Of a stretch of DNA of 64,000 nt, positions 26,101-35,100 are shown piece after piece. Position 1 is the first letter of the stretch. Each line of letters begins with the position of its first letter. A program made the translations under genes and the position numbers. Under the pieces are notes generated by a model. The model ran no database searches. It was not told where the DNA came from and was given only the letters and a program-made list of their open reading frames with translations. Origin of the DNA: Schizochytrium sp. TIO01 (taxonomy: Eukaryota; Protista; Bigyra: Labyrinthulomycetes); assembly GCA_004764695.1 (NCBI GenBank), contig SMSO01000033.1:1612001-1676000 (forward strand), given 5' to 3'.

Positions 26101-29100
26101 CCACATGCAATGCGTATGATCAACACCATCAACAAGAAAGTCTGCTCCGTTCATCGTGATTGTCGCCGCATTCTCTTTTTCAGAGGACATAACTTGCACA
26201 ATAGATGGCTCCACAGAGAAGATTTGCGGTTGTGCAACAAAATGAAATACTGCAATGCTCGATGAAGGTGTTTGTACAAGAAGATCATGCGCAGAGTTTT
26301 CGCGAAGTAAACGAATACTCAGGTAAACATCTTGTTCTTGATCAACTGTGGGTGTTTGACATACTATGCCATTATCAAGTACGTCGGTAGCTTCCACGTG
26401 AACTTCATCTGAATTTTCAAAGGTATAGATACAAGCAAAATTAGATGGGCTTGGAAAGGACCTTACGAGCTCTGAAGATGCAAGGAAAAGATTGACCAAG
26501 GTTCCACCAGACAACGAACCTGATGCTGGGTCGATTCCGGTAATTTGAAATGGGTGTGCAGCTGGCCTGACAACGACATTAAGATCCACAAAGGATTCCG
26601 GCGTTGTAAACGTGGAGAGTTCAACTTTCATTTCAGTTGAAGAGTCAACAAGCAAAGGAAGTGGGCATAATACAACACCCTCGCTTTGGTCAATATTAGC
26701 TGAACTCACCTCTTGTCCATTAAACCTGCAACGGAGGGCTATCGGAACTTGTAAGTCAACAAGAGTCTCTACAAGAGCCAAAGATGCATCAGTCAGAGTG
26801 AGGATGAGCTCTGAACTGGAGCTATAATCACTCCATGCCGTTTGCGTGGATACCAAACCTTGTTCCACCACTGAAAGTACAGACTCTGGCAGCATAGCAA
26901 TACGTACAGACTTTGTTGAATAATCCACACCGTTGTAGGATACGTCAAGATATACAAAGTCTTCACTAGCAGACCAGGTAGTACTATCGAGGGCAGCTTG
27001 AATTGATGCGACTCCAGGAAATGGGCAAGTAATCATTCCTGGAGCTGGACCAAAAAATCCTGTTTCAACCTGAAGAAAGTCGACTGGAGCACCTATGCTC
27101 TCATCCTCAAAGATGACCCTCTTGTAGAATCTATAACGACAATGTGGAACAATTGGTATATTCCAAGCTCCTCTATTTAATCTCAACTCTGTCTCGAGCA
27201 TTACTTGAATTGATTGTGATATGTCGGACGACATGCTTACAATATGAGTTACTTCTGTCCCAGTCTCATCTCGACTAACAACTTGAGGGGGCTTTGCGAA
27301 TGAGACAGGAAAGCCCTGTCGCTCGTCAAGCAACTTGCCAAGTTCTCCAGAAGAAACTTCATGCTGTGTAGCGAGATATAATGCGCATCCAGTTTTGAGG
27401 GCACCAGATTCTCGAAACTTCAAAGGTAAACTAGGGGACATACATTTACCAGTGTAAGATAAATTTGAAGCACCAAGGGTGAGTTCATCGCACTTGAAGA
27501 CACACTGCCAAGACAAAGTCTCCGTGTCCGGTAAAACTGTCGAAAATCCTACTGTTAATTCTGTACCTTCCTCTGAGAGGCATGAGGATGGGACTGATTC
27601 AACAATAGCAGGAAGTTCAGAAATTGATATGTCAATCGATGGGAAGTTTTCGAGTGGCTCCAAGTCATTAGCGCAGATGCGTAACCTAGCTACATTACCT
27701 AAATCGCCAATGACCTGCCATGACTCAGGCATTTCACACAGAACTGTTGTTTCGTTTATAAAAAAAGCTTCCGTAAATGCAGGCGTAGCACCGGTCAAAT
27801 AGCAGTATTGCGCACTTGCAGAAGTAAACTTATCTCCCTGCAATACCAACGTTTGTGGAGAAAGAACTTTTCCTGTGTGATCTACAATAATTTGCGGAGG
27901 CATTGTGGTAGACAAATTTGCTGATTCAATAGTCTGCATTCCGGTAAGGATCGGGAGAGAAAAATCAGCGCCGTTATTAGTACTAACTTCAACTGTGAGA
28001 CCAGCAAGGACTTCCGAGAAAAAGTTGGCAAGATCTGGTGTGATACAAACGAGCCTACGACGACCATCGATGTGAGCTATATATCCCAGGGTGTTGCCTA
28101 AGATAGTATTTTGATCACTAGCAAAACGACAAATGGGTGACGCATCAAGGGCTTCGAATCCATATCCATCCAGTATTACTGGCGCACCACCATAAGAGGA
28201 GATAAAGCTGGGTGCACTTGCTGTAACAAGCCTCAAAGGAGTGACAAAAGAGAATTGCGAGGCGATGACGACTTCTCCTGTTACCTTATCTTGTACTTGT
28301 ACTACGGCTTGTTGGGGATAAGTTTGGTTCAGGTATACGCTTTCTACATTGGGAGTGAGGCAGGCAACACTTGAGTTTTCAACCCACGCCAGAGCTTGAA
28401 TAGGAGACTCTCCAGGATTTGTGAATTCGAACGAACATACTAATGATCGGTCTGGATCGACGTCGTTAGAAATCGGAATGTTCAGCTTAGTTCCTCCTGA
28501 CAAAGGACCTGAGAGAGGAGTTCCAATTGGTAACGCATTTGAAGGCGCTGGCACTACCACGAGTTTGAAAGAAGAGTCAATACTAGTGCTGCTAGCATGA
28601 AAAGAAAGAGAAATACTATATTGCCCTGGCGTAAAAAGATATGCTGGTACTTCACACGAAAGTTCTTCTTCTGAAATGAATTTCGCACGTGTATAAAGCA
28701 AGTTAGGTCCAAAGACGCAAGACATTTCCACTGCAGGTACAAAGCCAAAACCAAAAAGTCGAAGATCGTTGCTTTCTCCAGCACGAATGTTCAACGGCTT
28801 CACACTAGTCAGAGTCATTGGGGCATGGATATACACAGGCGTTAAAGAGGGTGAAGAAACCTCATCCGCACTGTTACTGACCATTACTTCAAGACTATCG
28901 TACTTCTTCTCATCCGAAAGGGGCGCAATTGAAATCGGCTCGCAGAGTACCGATCTACCATCAGATGAGATGATACCAACTACCTTTCCTGCCACATCTC
29001 CAAAATGACAAGATAAGGAAGGCGAGCTAACTAAACCATTCGCATGAATGCGAAAACTAATTGCTGAAGTGCCAGCTGGTATGGCGGAAGGTGTGACCCT

Positions 29101-32100
29101 GAAGATCTCCGGTCGGGGTGCATAATTAAATTTGACTGTGCCGTACTGTCCTTGGTCTTGCTCCCAAAATGCAACGCGAAGTATTGCCACACCCTGAACA
29201 CCATGATTAGGAGTTACACAAGTCAGGTGGGTGCCATTAAGAACCTGTGCAGGCCTCGACACTTCAGAAAAACTAGCATGAGATGCGGTGCTTTGGAAAA
29301 TACATCTGGGAGCAAACACTTGCAGAGTTGACAAGTACAGGTCAAAGCCTTTGCCATCAATCGTAATTACAGTTCCTCCATAGATATCGCCAAAACGAGG
29401 CACCACATGAAGAAGACGAACATCGGAGATACCCTCTGCAGCAGCTGATGTTCCACTTGCTTTTACAACTCGAACAAATGGGGCTGTTTCTAAGGGACTA
29501 AAGTCAACACCATTGAGAGAAATTCTCACGGCAGTTTCCTCAACAACATTACCAGTGCTTATGAGTCTGTTATATATATGTCTAGGCATGTTGCACTCCA
29601 ATGTCTGTGCCTGTTCGTCAACAGTAGCTTCACTTGTTGCTATAATTGGATCTCCAAAACCGCACTGCATTGTTTCAGAAAACAGAAGATTGGAACCACG
29701 CACAAGCAGAGATGTACCTTCCGTTACGATCGAGGGCTCGACAGATTCTGCTCGGGGCGAACGTTCTAAAATCTGAATCGGTAGCCCTGTTGAAAGGGCT
29801 TCCTCTGTGTGAACAGTAAGCAGAATTGATCTCCACCATCCAGACATATTCTCCGAGATGCTGGACTCAAATTGAGTAAGTGAACACCCAATCACATCTA
29901 CACCTGGTTGAATATGAACCGGGACGTCTACAACTCTAGATCCTTCGTTTTGAAAGAACCTGCAAAAAATAGAATCAGAGCCAGACTCTGCAAAAACTTT
30001 CCACAGTGCCATCGATGAGGATGATGTAATAAATGTAATGAACTTTGTCATACCCAACACCACAGTTGATGGTTTGGCGCTCTCCAATACAAGCGTAGGA
30101 ATATAACGAAAGAATGGAGTTGCAGAAAGAAAATCCCGGCCATTCAACGAGACCTCAATCGGTATGAGCTCAACGCCTTCCGTATCTTGCGGCAACAAAG
30201 CTAATGATGGCATTTCACAAGCAAGAACATTTTGCTCGACAAGAGTTACTTTGACTCTTACACCACTCACGGAGCATGCAAGATGGTCGGCAAACTGATA
30301 GAGATTTGCTGATGACTCCAAATACACCAAAGATCCACCTAAAGATGGCCCAAAGGAAGGCTCAATAAGAGAAAATAATGACAAGGGAAGAATTCTCACA
30401 TTGTGCGACGTACTATTAACAGCTCCCTGTACGAGACGGCCAGATTCTGTCCAAAGACCGACTTCCAACTCCAAAACCTCAAGGTCTTGAATCGCTGAAA
30501 GAGGAGAGTTGTGATTCGGAACGGAGCATGTCAACTCGTTATTGCTAATGATGGTTGCACGAGAAGTGATGTGGGATGTCCAAGACTGTCCTACAAAACG
30601 AAAAACGCAGGCTTCAACATTCCCGTCAAGGAATCCGTGTCCGTTGACCGAAAGTTGATACCCGGGCCACAAAATTCGAGGATTTACTGAACTCAGCTCA
30701 AGAACAGCTTCAACGTACGTAAATAAACAAACAGTAGCATCCTTGGTGTTACAAGTCCATTGTTTGCCATTATTAAACGAAACGAGGACTGGGACAGCAA
30801 TATTTTGATCATACGCAGGAGAAACGCACTCCAAGGTATGATCTGAAATTAAACGAGCTTGGACAATTTTCTGACCAAATGCACACAAGAGATTGGTACT
30901 GGAAAAGTGTGCACCATTCAAGTGGAATCCCTGAAGTAAGACTTTCTCTCCACCTTCTTGTGTCCCCTTTATATGACTTAAACGTACAATGTGCGGGCGC
31001 TCGATCACACGAAAGAAGGGTCTTTGACCTGCCAGAAGCGAAACCTCATCTCCATTGTTCGAAACATACTGAAGGTCAATAGAACCCGAAGACTTTGTAG
31101 GCAATTGCTCGAATGGTAGACAAACAACTGTGGTTTCAAGGTTCTCTCCTATGTGCACACTTGCTGTACTTATTCCAAGTACTTGGCCTTGAAGATCTAA
31201 GAACTTACATGCAAGCTTTGCCTGAACAGATGGATCGAGTGCACCAATGCTTTCTACTCCTTCCCATGTAATTTTTAAAGAACCACTTTCATCATCTACC
31301 CACCATATGTTAGGCGAAAAATGAGCTGAATCCAAAGAGCGTGTAATCCGTGGGCCTAGGTGAATAGGAGAAAATGTTTCACCTTCGTCAATAGACAGTC
31401 TTAAGCAGAGACGGTCGCTGCCAAGGGTTGCATTATCCAATTTGCCATATAATGATTGTGGAACGTGGCAGTTGATCTGATTTGAGCTAGAGATTTTCCG
31501 CGTAAACTGATGCAGTGATGCTGGTTTTCTCCGTAGAAATCTCACATAAAATCCTTGAGGCATTGCTTGTTAAGAGTAGGGGGGGACTAAGCTCTACATG
31601 AAGAACAGAAAGTTTCGTATTTTCTCCCGTTTCAGCAAACATAATTATATCCGGCTGCACGTCTGAAATCAATGGTTGTGCAACAAAGTCAATCGTACAA
31701 TGACCTACGCACTGATCATTTGGAAGGTCTGAAATATCTTCATTTCGATGTAACACGTAGACATGCATTGTTGACATCGCAGTTCTGATGACAGGTGTAA
31801 CACACTCAACGAGAGAATGGCCAACTAAGTAAGCATCCTCGAGAAATGTCAATTGCGAGTCAGAATCAAAGAAGACACAAGAAAGAGAGACGCTATCCAC
31901 AGCGTTTTCGACATTCACCCTGATCAGGCTCCCTCCATTAACGAGCACGACACTAGGACTTACATCAAAAACACGGAGAGGAAAATGCAAGCTGAACAAT
32001 AATCCAGTGTCGACAAAGTCAATCTCATTCACTGCCACATAAATTGGAAGTGTTCCAGGGAAGAAACTTTGGGCTGGGTACCCACAAAGGAGTTCTGAGG

Positions 32101-35100
32101 TGGTCTCGTTGAAACCAAGTGTGGGTACAATATTCTCGGGCTGGGAAGGACTTCCGAAGCTACATCGAGCATTTGCCCAATCCTGCGTTACACCACTTAC
32201 AACAAGCCGTATGGCATGACTGCTTTCTTCTCCGATAAATCCATGATGAGGATTCACAGCATAAAAGTAAGGATTCGTCTCCCCAATTTCAACTTGAAAG
32301 CCAGAATCAACCCAGTGCTCCTGATCCACTGAGAGGAAAATGCCCAGTGACGAAAATTCCAGGAAGGAAGTCACAAGTGGAACACTGCATGCAATGCGAT
32401 CGCTGTCAAGCGGCATTGCAGTTTCATATACAAAACTACTATTGTTGCCGAATCCACATGACAAGGCTCTCACGTTGCCTAAGGCAGGACCAAAAATCTC
32501 AACAATAGATTTACCCAGCTGAACCACTGCCGGTGAAACAGCTGTTACGCTAGGTTCTCTAACGAACGTGACAGATAGAGGTTCCAATGTAGCCGAATCG
32601 GAGATAGAGACGAGAACGGATTGCTCGTACACGAGCTCTTCAACGATAGACCATGCTGGAACTACACATTGAACGGCATGCTCGCTGAGCCATGTAAACT
32701 GCGTCGCTACGACCTGCTTACCCTTGGTAAATGTACAAGTAATATTGCTAAAGTTTTCCTTTGTCTGAAGGTGCCTATTGAAGTTGACTCCGTGAAGTGT
32801 GATATGTCTTTCGTCTGCGATGGTGCTTTTCGAAGCATAGATCACATTTGGTTCAGCATATAAGAGTAGCGGAGCAGCACGGAAGAAAACGCTGGACGTT
32901 GAGGTAGAACCAAGAATGTTTTCCTCCCCATTCAAAGAAACTGTGACTGTAGCAGTTGCTTCGTACGATCTAGTTGGGGAAGGGCAGATCACCCATACTT
33001 CTGTCAGATCATCTGAGACAGACAAAGTGCCTATCATTCGTACAGTTTCCCTTTCGAAATGAAATGAGCACCACGAAGAATCAGCCAGAAGCAGAGAAAT
33101 TTCATCCACTGTAAAAGCGTTGGAAGAATAATCACCTTCCTTTGAGATGCTGATGTTGATAGGTATTGATGCGTCAATAGTAACTTGAGCTGGCGTTACG
33201 TCCAGAATGTGTAAGCTTGATGTGTAAACGAAGTCGTAGGTTGCAACCGTATGGTTGCGATACAGAATATTTAGTTCGACAACACCTTCATAATCCACAG
33301 ATGGTACCAGACAAGATGCGAGCGACGGCGATTCAACGAACATGGTCATGTGGGTTCGTTCGGCACCAAAAGAGCACACAAGGTCATTTTTAGCAGTGAG
33401 CAAATTAGATCCCGTAAGAAATATCGTGTATCCACCAGTTGCGGAGCCCCACAATCCTTTTGAAGGTTGGTTGAAAACAGGATCTTCCTCAACAATTAGG
33501 TTATGTACCTCAGGAAAGGATTGCGTTCGGCCTACAGTGAGAGTGACACTGATCTCACCAGGCCCTGAAAGCACACCAGCTGGTGTTGGGCATGTTGCTA
33601 ATGTAGATGATCTTGCAAGCGCTGAAGTATACGTCTGCGTACCGCTTACGTTGAAGAAACACTCCATATCATTGGCGTTGAGTAGGAAATTCTCGCCATG
33701 TAGGTAAAGTAGATCATTGCCGTCTAGACCGATATGGGTTGGGTGGACCCCTTGAACTTTGATTGCTGCATATGTAATCAGAGGAATTGCATTTGTCCAA
33801 CGATTTAAATTGTTGGTAAGACGAAGCAGGACAGCACCTTCTCGAGACATTCCGGGACTAGTTAGCGTATCGCACAAGAGCTCGTCGCTTTCAGGCGAAA
33901 AGCGAAGATCTGAAAGAAAGAGATTTTGACCAAACTGGCAGAACCAGCCAGTTTCTCTAACCATATCGCCATTTTGCAAACTTTGTGCATGCTGCTCTCG
34001 AAGAGTTACAAGCAAAAGGGGGGCATGTATACTAAGGACAGAGGGTGTAGATATCTCAAAACAGACTTTGCGTGGTGTCACGTGCTCCAGCGTGGGCGCG
34101 TCAACACTGTCACTATCAAACATAATATCCAGATAGCGGGTTGAGGCATAGTCGTCAGCGATGTCGCCATCTATTGAAAGCTTAACATCATCCCCACCTT
34201 GAAAGGAGTTTGTACGACTGTAGACTAGATCTGATAGGCCTGCGTTAATATCACGCAATGATCCTGTAAAGGTCATATTAGATTCATTTTCACCTGATCC
34301 ATTGATGAATGTTAAGCCAATAGCGCTGCCTAAGGAAAGTGTTGCTTGACCACTCGAAACGAGAAGATTGACAGTATAAATTTGCGTATCATCCTGTGTA
34401 GAACTGCTCAGGTCCATATCTGAAATTGCATATCCACGCAGCCGAAGGGCCGATGCTTCTGGAAGTACTACTGTTGGGGCATCATTGACAGGGAGCACAT
34501 CAATAGGAATTATAACACGATCTGTAAGGTTTGTTTGCGGGGAGGCCTCAGTATTTGCAGAACCTAGGCCTAAATCATTAACTAGTATGACCAGATTTTC
34601 TTCTGAGATTCTACCGTTAGAGTTTTCGTCACCAAGATAGATAATCCTTCGTACTGCATGATTAAGGGCACCAAGAGTGCCAAGTACAGTAATCGTGCGG
34701 TCATTTAATCCTGACCCAGTGATAAACTGCAAATCATTTGTGCTAGCAAGACTTATAGTACCTGCGGAAACAGAGAGGGAAACCTGGTATAGGGGTTCTT
34801 GACCATTGCTATGAATTGATCTCCAATGGTCCATGTCTACGTCATGTATAGTGACACCATAAATTGCAACAGCCTCGTCTTCGTCTGTGACTTGATCGTT
34901 TGGCATGGACAGGGATGGGGGATCATTCACAGGGTTGACATAAAGATTGATAGTCCTTGAGGCAACCTTAGGACCGTCGACACTAAGTCCTGCATTGCCT
35001 TGATCATTGACTGTGACTGTAATGTTATCATAGCCATTCCAGTTGAGAAGTCCAATGTACGAGAAACTTGAAAGAGCATCATTCACAGATTCAAGATCAC